Below are positions 1-10,264 of a stretch of DNA of 44,221 bases, piece after piece. Within the stretch, counting starts at the first letter, position 1, and the number at the start of each line of letters is the position of its first letter. The notes under the pieces are model-generated. The model had not been told where the DNA came from, ran no database searches, and saw nothing but the letters and a program-made list of their open reading frames with translations. A program made the translations under genes and the position numbers. Source of the stretch: Psammoneis japonica. Taxonomy: Eukaryota. Where the stretch lies: positions 496,001-540,221 of the forward strand of contig QPGO01000044.1 of NCBI GenBank assembly GCA_008632985.1. The letters are read 5' to 3'.

Positions 1-2
1 CC

Positions 3-173
3 CCAGTAGGAACGGATTCAGGAATGGTTCCTTATTCAGGATCGGGCATTGGGCAACGTTCGGGTCCTCCTGGATCAAGTCTCGATGATTCGGCGGGAGC
101 GTTTGCTGGACCCAGTACTCACGCTTCTACGTCTGCTATCCTTTTCATAGTCGTTGCTTCTGCGCTCTTTTGA
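3..173 (+). CDS. 3' end of a gene entering the window; Gly/Ser-rich tail with hydrophobic C-terminus (GPI-anchor-signal-like)
   Basis: Open frame from base 3: PVGTDSGMVPYSGSG...DSAGAFAGPSTHASTSAILFIVVASALF, TGA at 171-173. Confidence 0.55.
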   Translation, partial: PVGTDSGMVPYSGSGIGQRSGPPGSSLDDSAGAFAGPSTHASTSAILFIVVASALF

Positions 174-745
174 GTTGTTTTCCGATTGCTTGCGATCGTG
201 AGCGCTCTCCCGCTTTTTAAACATTAGAATAAACTATGCTAGAAGCCTATGCTTGCCTGCTATCCACTGCATAGTTCTGAACCATCTGCAGTGAAATAAT
301 TCTAAATGAGGCAATGCTCCCAACCCTTGCCAAACTCGATTTGAATGGAAGGAAACAATAATGCTAGAGTGATGCTCGTTCTAGAGAGAATCTTGCCTCA
401 TCCTCGATCCCAAAAGAGCACTTTCGAATTATTGACACTGGAATTGGCACTGCCGCGAAACCATGAATGCCTAGCTTCGACAACATATGTTGGACGTGCA
501 AGCACAACAACAACGATGAGTTATCTTCGGAGAAGGACAGAAAGGGCAAGAGTATCATAGGTAAAAACTCGGTCTCATCCCAAATAAGATTAATCGGCAG
601 AGAAACGACTTCGCACCATACTGAAGCAAGCCCTGTCTCCAATAGATATCATGTTTGGCTTTCTGTTCCATGTCCTGGTGGTATCTCTCCCTAGCTGTTG
701 CAATGGTAACATCCTACTATCTTTAGATCTAGGACGAACTTAGCT

Positions 746-1570
746 TCATTTGAGACGCAGCTTGTCGACAGTCTCCTTGTAAGTAGCTTCCCGTTCCGAG
801 ACCCAATCCTGTAGTGAGACCGGGTCTTGCTCCACATAGGTTTCCAATTCCTTCACGGTTGACACCAGCTGGAGGCGACTTGCCAATTTCTTTGGTAAAA
901 CCAGTTTCTTCCCAATTGCGACTAAATGTTCAACGACGGGAGGAACTTGCACATAAAGCTTGCCCAAACGGACGTGATGAGTCTCTACATCGTGAATTCG
1001 TTTCAGCTTGACCATCAAGCGGCCGTGATCCACGGCCTTACTCACGGTTGTTTTTTCTGTTTCAGAACTGCGAAGAACTACCGCCACACCCCGTCGTGCC
1101 TCCACCATGTCGGCAGCCGAAAGGTCTAACGCCCAAAACCTCATCGCCAGGAATTCTGCTATCTCTTGATCCGTGCCTTTCAAAAGGTATGTTGGTGAGT
1201 GTTGATAGCACCGAGCAAGAACTCGGCGTCCTTCGTTGTCTCGGCGATAATCAAAAATCAAAAATCCCGGCGATTTCTGATTCAGTTTTTCTAGCACAGA
1301 CTTGGGATCTATCTTGTCAAGATCCATTTTCGTCACAATATCCCGGTAGTTGCGAAGTCTCTTCAGAGCCTCATTGAGACGCTTCTCGTCGGCACGTTTA
1401 TCCGTGTCCTTGGCAACACTTTTGCTCACCAAAACATACTTTGCGAGATCAAAAACCGATCCATACTTTAGCCCCTCCTTGTCGCAAGCCTCCTTGAGGC
1501 GAAGGACACTTTCACGTTCCCAGTCTGTCAGCGAGAATCGAGGGTCTTTATCTGTATTAGGCTGTGGCAT
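746..1570 (-). CDS. CRAL-TRIO/Sec14-like lipid-binding domain protein (about 274 aa)
   Basis: Long ORF, likely ATG at 1570 (MPQPNTDK). The pattern LAKYVLV...EALKRLRNYR...RDNEGRRVL...ALDLSAADMVEARRGVAVV resembles CRAL-TRIO N and core segments. Family called by eye. Confidence 0.55.
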   Translation of the reverse strand: MPQPNTDKDPRFSLTDWERESVLRLKEACDKEGLKYGSVFDLAKYVLVSKSVAKDTDKRADEKRLNEALKRLRNYRDIVTKMDLDKIDPKSVLEKLNQKSPGFLIFDYRRDNEGRRVLARCYQHSPTYLLKGTDQEIAEFLAMRFWALDLSAADMVEARRGVAVVLRSSETEKTTVSKAVDHGRLMVKLKRIHDVETHHVRLGKLYVQVPPVVEHLVAIGKKLVLPKKLASRLQLVSTVKELETYVEQDPVSLQDWVSEREATYKETVDKLRLK

Positions 1571-1895
1571 GAGTGCAACTTTGTTCTGCAAAAACAAAAG
1601 ACCCTGTATTAGTAGCAATCGAAAGTGACCATTGTGAAAGTCGCTCGGTTTTTGCCGGAGAATTGTGAATTTTTCAATCAACGTTTTCAGAACCTAAGAA
1701 ATTCATAAAAATGGCGCGCTAGAAATCGGATCGTTCCTAATTAAAGTTTAACGCTCGTTTTGAATTTTACTTCAGATACGAAGGAAGCATTTATTTTTGG
1801 AATTTTGGCGAAGAATATTATTTTGATTGGACAGATGCTTTGCCTCCGTCTTTCATTGGTGCTCGACATGATTGTGTAGTGTGTTGGATGGGCTC

Positions 1896-2744
1896 ATGAG
1901 TAACCACCAAAATGTTATAGCAGTTGTCGGCATTGTTGCGGGTGCGGCGGCTCATCAATTTCTCCACGATGTTATACGAGCTTTCGGCGGGCATCACCTC
2001 TGGATTTTGGAGGAAGGGCACGCTTTGATTCCGTTTAGTGCAACAAGAGCAGTTTTCCTTCACCGCGTCTTTGCTGGTTGCCATCTAGTGCTCTATTCCT
2101 TGAATCGATGGATTGTGACTGAAAAGACAACAACCATGCATAGATGCGTAGGGCTCGCTACATCTGTTGTTGGAGTCTTAGCGGGTCTTAGCGGAGGATT
2201 TTGTTGGGCTTTTGTTGCCAGAGCCCCAGGAATGGACGGCCTACATCCAACACTCGGATGCAGCCTCTCGCTTTCTGTAGCACTCCCAGCAGCGTACGCT
2301 GCACTGGTTTGGAGCAAAACTGGACGCAGAATTATTTGTGTCACTGCAATAGTGTGCTTTTTGTTTGAAGCCATCACATACGTCTCAATGCTGTGGCACG
2401 GAATGCTGGACTCAATGTACGTTTTTGGGTCTCCAATAGCGCTGGGGAGCTACCTGGCACTGACAATCATTGCATGGTCTTGCATCTCACCAAAGACTCA
2501 GCATGGGCTTCACATTGACTTTGCTTTAGCTGGGATCATGCTAAATTTCGCGAGAACGCCTATGAAGTTCCTATTCAACGACAGAATTCTTCCCTCCTGG
2601 TGGGTATGGTTCCCAGAATTCGTTGCCATCACGGTCGGATTTCTGAAAATGATGGTACAGCTGGAACGTAACATGCGGTCGGAAGGCATCGTAATTGAGA
2701 AGTGGATATCAAAACGAGGCCCCGGTCTGAATGCATTGAAGTAA
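1896..2744 (+). CDS. Multi-pass membrane protein of unknown function
   Basis: Uninterrupted ORF of about 282 aa from ATG 1896 with 7-8 hydrophobic segments. Confidence 0.65.
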   Translation: MSNHQNVIAVVGIVAGAAAHQFLHDVIRAFGGHHLWILEEGHALIPFSATRAVFLHRVFAGCHLVLYSLNRWIVTEKTTTMHRCVGLATSVVGVLAGLSGGFCWAFVARAPGMDGLHPTLGCSLSLSVALPAAYAALVWSKTGRRIICVTAIVCFLFEAITYVSMLWHGMLDSMYVFGSPIALGSYLALTIIAWSCISPKTQHGLHIDFALAGIMLNFARTPMKFLFNDRILPSWWVWFPEFVAITVGFLKMMVQLERNMRSEGIVIEKWISKRGPGLNALK

Positions 2745-3220
2745 TTTGTAGCTATCTTGGGAATGCTGAGAGGTTCGGTTTCCAACAGCAAGAAAGCCGC
2801 CAGCATTTAGCCTTTGGTCTGAATCGGTGTGGATGACACATCTGCAACGGCACTTGGACATGCCTATGCTATTCCGACTCGTCGTATTGTGTTATTTTCG
2901 CTACAAGGGAACCATTCATTTTGGAATTTCGGCTAAGGATATGACGAGATGATGATCTCCGAAAATCTTTGACATCGCCGCTTCGAACAGACGAGCTTGG
3001 TAGAGTGGCTCTAACAAGGGACCAGAGCCAACCGATTTTGCTAGTTACGAAAGGGAAGGCCGTCACCATCAGGGACAGCATCCGACGGGAGTACTGGCGA
3101 GGGTCCATCATTCGAGCCCAATTCCATCCCCAGCAACAACCAAACTCGTAGCTGGTAGCTAACAATGCATTGATTATCTTAGCTCTACAATATTATTCGC
3201 ATGCGCTTTTGCGGCGGAAT

Positions 3221-5179
3221 TCAGTTTATTGAAACCACACGAATCCGTTCCTTTCGCTCCTGTTCCGCTCGAGCCTTGCGATCTTGAATCTGCAGTTGTT
3301 CCGCCTCGAGTGGCAAGCAGGACAGACAATGTCCTCTTGTCTTGAAACGTGCTACGTGAATACCCGCAAACGGCGACCACGACATTACCCATTGGCTGTC
3401 GCTAAATCCGTCACGAGGCTTGAACTCTCCGCAATTGGCGCACTCTCGTCGGGGCATTTTCTCTCGCTCCACCCTCTCTCGTTTCTCGCGTTCCTGACGC
3501 TCTTGGATCACTTTTTGTTCCGCCTCGTGACAAGACAGGCATTGTCCGCTTGAATTGGGTGGCCCTGCCTTGGCCCACTGCAAGTCGCTGAAGGCATTGT
3601 GTGCCTTTATTTCTCCGCAATTGACACACTCTCGGAGCGTGTAATTTTGGAGTTTGATTTCCACGTCATGTGGCAAGCACAGAACGCATTGTCCTTGTGT
3701 TTCAACACTCGAGCCGACTGACCGTGCCTGACTCCACTGCCTTTTGCTGAAACCGTCCTGTGGCTTAGCTTCTCCACATTTTGAGCACTTACGTGGCTTT
3801 TTCTTTTGTTCGATTCTCTTCTGCGAGATTCTCTCTTTTCTCCGTTGCAGCTCCACCTCGTATGGTAGGCACGATAGGCATTCTCCGTTTGTTTCGATAG
3901 TAGAATCGGGCGTCGTTGCCTGGCCCCACTGAAAATTACTATACTCCTCGCGTTGCTTAGTCTCTCCGCATTTGCAGCACTTGCGCGGCTTTCTCTTCTT
4001 CTCTCTTTTCTTTTGCTCCCTCCTCTCTTTTCTCTGTTGTAGTTCCACCTCGTATGGTAGGCACACCAGGCATTGTCCCTTTGTTTCGACACTAGAATCG
4101 GGTGGCACTGCCACGCCCCACTGAAAGTTGCTAAACTCCTCGCGTAGCTTTGCTTCTCCGCAGTTGGAGCACTTGCGGCGCTTCTTTTTTCGTTCTTGTC
4201 GCTGTTGCAGCTCCACCTCTAGCGGAAGGCACGACAGGCATTGTCCCTTTGTCGCGTCATTTGAATCGGATGCCGTCGCCTCGACCCACTGAAAGTTGCT
4301 AAACTCGTCGTGTAGCTTAGCCTCTCCACAGTTAGAGCACTTGCGGCGCTTCTTTTTCCGCTCTTGTCGCTGCTGCAGCTCCACCTCGAGGGGAAGGCAC
4401 GACAGGCATTGTCCCTTTGTTTCGCCGCTAGAATCGGGAGCCTTGGCCAGACCCCACTGAGCGTCGCTAAAAGCTTCTCGGAACTTAGCCTCTCCGCATG
4501 TTTTGCAGCACTTACGGGGCTTTTTCTTTCGCTCTTTTCGCTCTTGTATCTCCATCTCGTACGGTAGGCACGATAAGCATTGTCCCTTTGTTTCGACACT
4601 AGAATCTGGTGCCTTTGCCATGCCCCACTGTTTGTCACTAAAGGCGTCACGGAGCTTGCTTTCTCCGCATTTGTAGCACTTGCGGGGCTTTTTCTGTCGC
4701 TCTTGTCGCTGTTGAAACTCTTCCTCAGGTGGCAGGCACGCCAGGCATTGTCCCTTTGTTTTGGGTGGCTTTGATTCGATCCACTGAATGCTGCTAAACT
4801 CATCGCGAAGCTTGGTCTCTCCACACGTGGTGCACTTTCGAGGCAACTTGTTGGCGAGGCTGTCCATATTTTGTTGATTACTTATACAGTCCTTACAACA
4901 ACCATTATTTTCAAACGCTGCTCTTCTCCACTGTTTGTGGAAGAACTCATCTCGGCTCTTGCAGAGGCCACACGCTGCGCACTTTTGCTCTTCGGCCTTG
5001 AGCTGTTTGTTTTCATCCGCACAGTCCTTGCAGCGACCATCCTTCCCAAAAGTCGCACTAATCCACTGCCTCCGAGAGAAACCATCTCGGGTTTTGCTGG
5101 TACCACATTCCGAGCACTCGCGTTCCTCTTGCGCCTGTTGCGCTTTTACTTTTTGCTTCTTCGCAGGAGGAGGTTCCAT
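3221..5179 (-). CDS. Protein with 11 tandem C4 zinc-binding repeats (CxxC-x3-K-x4-FSxxQW...CxxC; Stc1-domain-like) and an N-terminal NLS
   Basis: 652-aa ORF; 11 repeats counted; starts MEPPPAKKQK; repeat units of about 168 bp visible in the DNA at about 3650-4830. Confidence 0.8.
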   Translation of the reverse strand: MEPPPAKKQKVKAQQAQEERECSECGTSKTRDGFSRRQWISATFGKDGRCKDCADENKQLKAEEQKCAACGLCKSRDEFFHKQWRRAAFENNGCCKDCISNQQNMDSLANKLPRKCTTCGETKLRDEFSSIQWIESKPPKTKGQCLACLPPEEEFQQRQERQKKPRKCYKCGESKLRDAFSDKQWGMAKAPDSSVETKGQCLSCLPYEMEIQERKERKKKPRKCCKTCGEAKFREAFSDAQWGLAKAPDSSGETKGQCLSCLPLEVELQQRQERKKKRRKCSNCGEAKLHDEFSNFQWVEATASDSNDATKGQCLSCLPLEVELQQRQERKKKRRKCSNCGEAKLREEFSNFQWGVAVPPDSSVETKGQCLVCLPYEVELQQRKERREQKKREKKRKPRKCCKCGETKQREEYSNFQWGQATTPDSTIETNGECLSCLPYEVELQRRKERISQKRIEQKKKPRKCSKCGEAKPQDGFSKRQWSQARSVGSSVETQGQCVLCLPHDVEIKLQNYTLRECVNCGEIKAHNAFSDLQWAKAGPPNSSGQCLSCHEAEQKVIQERQEREKRERVEREKMPRRECANCGEFKPRDGFSDSQWVMSWSPFAGIHVARFKTRGHCLSCLPLEAEQLQIQDRKARAEQERKERIRVVSIN

Positions 5180-5829
5180 GTTTCAATGTACTGTACTGCC
5201 GGTTTCTTGTATTATAGTGACGGCATATGCCGTGAGTGTAAGAAAACGCAAAGACAATGGTCGTTGGGTCGTTATTGTCGTTACGATACTCGAGTTTGGA
5301 ATAGAGAAAACGAAAAGATGAGAGCAAAATCAGACGTGGCTCCGTGTGCTTTCTCCTGGAAATGAAAATTATTAACTTCTGATTCATTCGACTCGGGTAG
5401 GGATCGATCAGATTTGTGGGTGTTCGCCTTCATGACGCTTTGTCAAGCACGAAATTGCGTGATTCATTTCTTGGAACCTCTACGTATTGCTCCCTCTAGA
5501 AAAGAAGAAGAGGCAGTGCATTCAGCGCTTGTCTATTAGCGGCGTCGCATTGTCGTTGTTGTCAACAACGCATCGACGCATTATCACACATCAAAAAAAA
5601 AAAAGAGAAGCGAAAAAAGCGCGGAATCGTCATCGCTGATTGACTTTTCTATTTATATTAGACACTGTAGAACCGGATAGACACTCTAATATTGCCCTGC
5701 GGTAATGTGAATTTGTCCAAGTCTTGTCGTCCTCTCCGGCCTCACACAAACACATCACAAGTAAGAGCGGCAACATATATCTGTTGCATTATTAATAACT
5801 TTTACTCCACCAACAGCAACTTGAATATA

Positions 5830-7891
5830 ATGGTGTTGCCAGTCAAGTCTCCATCGTCGTCTGAAAATGACCTTTACACTGGAAAGAGAAAGAAAGGACA
5901 ACAACAACAGGGGATTCACAATCTCGTCGTGCTTGGACTTTGCATGGTTTCGTTTGTCGCGGGGTCCTTGTGGACAACGCCAGGTAGCATGCCTACACTT
6001 CAAATAGACGCCATGCTTACACAAGATCGTTTGATTGAAGAATGTAAGAAATTGTTTGATTCAAACGATGACAGAGCACCTACCGTTCCATTTGATACTT
6101 CATTGAGACAACGGCGAGTCATGGAACAAGCTGATGAGAAGCAATCGAGCAGCGACTCGCAGCAACAGCCTTGCATCAAGCGTGACGGCCAAGATCAAAG
6201 ATTTCCCAAAACTATGAAGAAGTTTGCAAGAGGCATGGCACGAGTCAGCCGAGAGAACTTTACGCAAACTCTTGACTTGGGCGTCCCGATTGACCCTCTG
6301 ATCAAACGGGAAATGAGATGTGTTGTTTTTATACAAAAGTGACAATGCCGCTCCCAACAGTAATCCCCAGACTATCTTTGATGGTGATATTCCAATGTTG
6401 AGCGCAGAAACAGCAATGTCAAATTGCGATACGCTTCACGTGATTTTGACAGAACAATCGACGCAAAAGCAGTGCATGGCGATTGTGCCGCAATACCCGT
6501 CCATGCACATTCAGCGATACGCGCGGGTTCCTCCAATGACGTATCAAGAGAACGGATTTCAACCATTTCGTAAAGTGAATTCAAATGAAAAGTTGCGTTT
6601 GGTTGGAAGAGGCCTTCGGTCGGATGGAATTGAAGAATTCAAAGTCGCCACCAAGGACGCTACCAAGCGGCACTGGAAGAATTTACAAAACTACTTTTCG
6701 TCTGTGGAGAGGGTGACTCAAGAGTTGGATGTATTATTTAAACGAATAGCTCGCGACAATACCGTTGTCGTCATGGTTTGCAATCACGGGCAATCGGAAA
6801 TACTGATAAACTTCGTTTGCTCGGCGCGAGCACGTAACATTGACATTGGACACGTTCTCTTGTTTGCGACCGATTTGGAAACCAAGCAACTTGCCGAATC
6901 AATGGGTATGACTGTCTACTACGATGATACTGTAAGTTGTGGGTGTGTTTCTTGCTCTTGATGTGCTCTGGATTCCGAGGCTCAATATTGTCCAATTCAT
7001 TACGTGCTTCTTTTCAGTTGTTTTCCGATATTCCAACCCAAGCCGCGGGACGATATGGTGACGAAACATTTGCAGCCATGATGATGACCAAGGTATATTG
7101 CGTGCAACTCCTAAGCATGCTAGGATATGATTTGCTATTCCAAGACGTCGACTTGATTTGGTATCGTGACCCGGTCTCCTTTTTCAAAGAAAGAATCCAA
7201 CACGAAGAGTTTGACATTTACTTTCAAGACGACGGCGCGCGCAGTCCAAGGTATTCGCCCTATTCGGCAAATTCGGGCTTTTACTATGCCAAGAGCAATC
7301 CCAAAACTAGCAACTTTTTCAACGCGTTGCTGATGCAGAGTGACATGATTCTGACCTATCGCAGTCACCAACAGTCAATGATTGCGGTCTTGTCCGAGCA
7401 CGCGTCGCTCTTTGGATTGGGCGTCAAGGTGATTGGGAGGGACTCACAAGAATTCCCTTGTGGATTTCAATATCACGCCGATAAGGAGTTTATGAAGGCA
7501 ATGATGAAGGGAGAGACTGATCAGTACAGTAAGTGCATACAGTGTGTAGCTGGTTGATTATCTTCGTGTTCCTTACGACGAATTCGCTCCGGTCTTTTAT
7601 CTTATAGTTTTTCATATGTCTTGGACTGAGAATAAAGACCAAAAATCTTTGTTCTTGAAGCAAATGGGTGAATGGTATGTCAAGGACCAATGCGTTGGAG
7701 CGTCTCACACCGACACTATCGAGGGCGAAGACAACAATGCGTTGATGCAAGGCCAGTGCTGCTCCGCCGAACCACTTTTTTCATGTCATTTCAGCGACAA
7801 ACCCAGCAAGTACCCATGCAGCAATAGCCCACCCATGCGGAACGGTGCAATGCCATTTTGGGCTGCCAACGAGTTTGTTCCCAAAACATGA
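5830..7891 (+). CDS. Nucleotide-diphospho-sugar transferase (GT77/PF03407-like), type II membrane protein, 3 exons
   Basis: N-terminal TM segment; motifs VVVMVCN, LLFATD, TKVYCVQLLSMLGYDLLFQDVD (DxD), ANSGFYY, FHMSW. GT-AG introns 6932-7017 and 7529-7607 splice in frame. One frame break near 6305-6320, probably a sequence error. Confidence 0.85.
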
Positions 7892-9240
7892 CAGTCCTAT
7901 CAGTTTGTGTATGGTAGTGAGGATCGGGGCGAAAACGCAACAGCGACTCCAGATGCTCTACCAGGGGAAGCTGTTGCGGGGGACGACTGAAAAAACCGTC
8001 TTTCTCTGCCGCAAAGCTGTGGAGCGCTTGATTCCTTATGTCGTTCTTTTCTTGAAGCAGGGAGAACAGCAGGCTTATAGCCTCCCCACAGGTTTGCCAT
8101 CGTACCCGATTCGTGCAAACGCATAGGCCCATTAACCAGGACGAGCATTGGCAACGGCTAGAAACTGTTGGGCGTGAGCTACCCCTCCTCTTTCATTTCT
8201 ATCGATTGCCTCTATGATTGGAATATCACAGTATTTGTTTGCGAAGTTCAAATCTGCCCCTGCTCAATCAGCACGCGTGAGAAGTTCACGGAAGAGAAGC
8301 GGTACAAGGAACGTTCTGAAACGCTACGAGAAGACTACGTTCCCGTCAAGACTTTAGCACTAAGATCCAAACTCTTCGCTTGAGAATATTTCGATAAACT
8401 GGGCAAGGATGCTGCAATGTGATAGATCTCGAAACTAGATAAAGCTAAAAGAGAGTTATACACTACACATCCGACAAACCAAATTTGTCCTTCAAAAGCG
8501 AAACCAGCCAAAGCCTAACGGGTTCTTCATTCTGTGTCGGTTGTTTAAGTCAGTAGTCGTCGCCGTGGATGCACCGGTACTATCAACCGCAACGACAGCA
8601 GCATCGCTTGTTGTCCCATCGCCTCCAGTGTTTCCACCAGCATTGTTTCCATCGTCCCGGTCCGTAGTCAACTCCGACCGAATCGAGGTGCTATCGCCGG
8701 AATCACCAATGTTGACGGGGATCAATAAAGAAGTACGACGCTCGTTGATGAGAGACCTCATGTCTTACCATTGGGCTTGAGGAAGTTGAATGAGGCACTC
8801 CAAAACAACATCATCGGGGGGGTGGGGGGGGTCCACGGATGAGGCACGGTAAAAGGAGCAAAAGTTTTGATTTCAGAGGTCAGCTCCACATGAATCTGGC
8901 AGCCACATGCTCCCTTTCCTGCAAAAAGCACTGCCCCAAACTTGTTTGTGTGAGCTGCTGTGAGTGAGTGAGCGGCAGTCATGTCTGTCTCAAATCAAGC
9001 AGCCATTTTGATGACAGCTTCCCAGCCCATGCTTGTTTGCCAAATCGTCCAAGCCAAACATTGGTGGGGGCGGGTGCCTGGCTGGTGCTTGGGCTGTGTC
9101 TTTTTGTCACATTGGGTCAACAGGAACCCAGTGACATGGGACAGGCTCATGGTTGTCCCAAATGATGGCTGAGATGCGTGATTCTGTCTGACCGTTCATT
9201 CTTTCGTGGATTGTCCCACTCATCCATCATGCCACCAATG

Positions 9241-9506
9241 CCCAAACTTCCATTGCATCATGCCACACTTTCAATGCAGTCATTTTGGCATTGTGCTCTG
9301 CACTCATTCTGCATGAAATTTGTGCAGAAAAAAGATCCAATCTTGTGGGTGGTGTGAGCCGATCAACTCTCCAACAACAAAAGAAAAATTCTTCTCACCA
9401 CCATGTGCTCTCTTGGGCCATTTGTCTTGCCGGTTGTTGAGCAGCTGCATCACATGGCAACAGCAGCAAAATTGCATTGGCATCTCTGTCCACAGCTGCT
9501 AGATTG
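9241..9506 (+). pseudogene. Degenerate copy of acnB promoter, 5'UTR and start of the transit peptide
   Basis: Aligns by eye to about 25325-25575 (aaacttcc..gcactttcaa..gaaaaaagatccaatcttg..ccatg..cagcaaaa) with TA/CG replaced by TG/CA. Confidence 0.8.
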
Positions 9507-10264
9507 TTGTCTCTCAACATGGCTCTTCTGCTGGCAGCACTTGCTGTGACTGCTTGGACAAGCCAGAGATGGATGCAAGAATTTTGGTTTGGAGCAATTG
9601 AGAACAATGATGTTCAGGGGAGGCCCTGGGGCAGCCAGACAGATGGCCCAGAAACTGTGGGTTGACATGGCAAAGGGGGAAAACAGGCAAATTGAGCATT
9701 GTTGAAGCAGCAAGAGGAGGCGCGGCAGACTCGGATTGGGCCGGGAGTTGGAGGCACAACTTCTGGTTGAGGGAAGAGCACCAATGACTTGGGCAAGAAC
9801 TGGACTTTGGTGGAGGTAGAAAGATTGTGGTGGGAGGCATCACGGGAAGCTCCGTTGAAAAAGTTTGCAAGATCAAGGAGGACCAAAGCCTTGGAAAGGG
9901 CAGGTGCGCATCACAGGGACACAGGTCGCTGCCCCACAAGGGACAGACCATGAATGTGTGGGACAGACAGGCCACTCCGCAGGATTTCATGTGTGGCACG
10001 CGCACTTGTGTTGTGCAATTGTGCACCCACACTGCCGGCACCTCAGCCTCTGTTGGTTTTCAGTGATGGTTGAGCATTGAGCTCATCACATGTTGTGTGT
10101 GAGATGTGGCTCATGTGTGTGTGTTCTTTCCATTGCGGTGACACCCACCCACCACACGGCATCACTGTGCCATCATCGCATGAGCGCGATCTTCCCACAG
10201 CTTGCGCATCCTTGACAAGGCCCTCTCTCTGCTGGAGAGCACAAGCACTAAAAAGTCAGACAGT

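Noticed and set aside
2869..3165. Extra 3' exon of the zinc-finger gene
   Set aside because: No convincing splice junction or protein similarity
7900..8780. Short ORFs 7845-8126, 8168-8383 and 8541-8780 as genes
   Set aside because: No recognisable motif or convincing splice structure; could be fragments but unsupported
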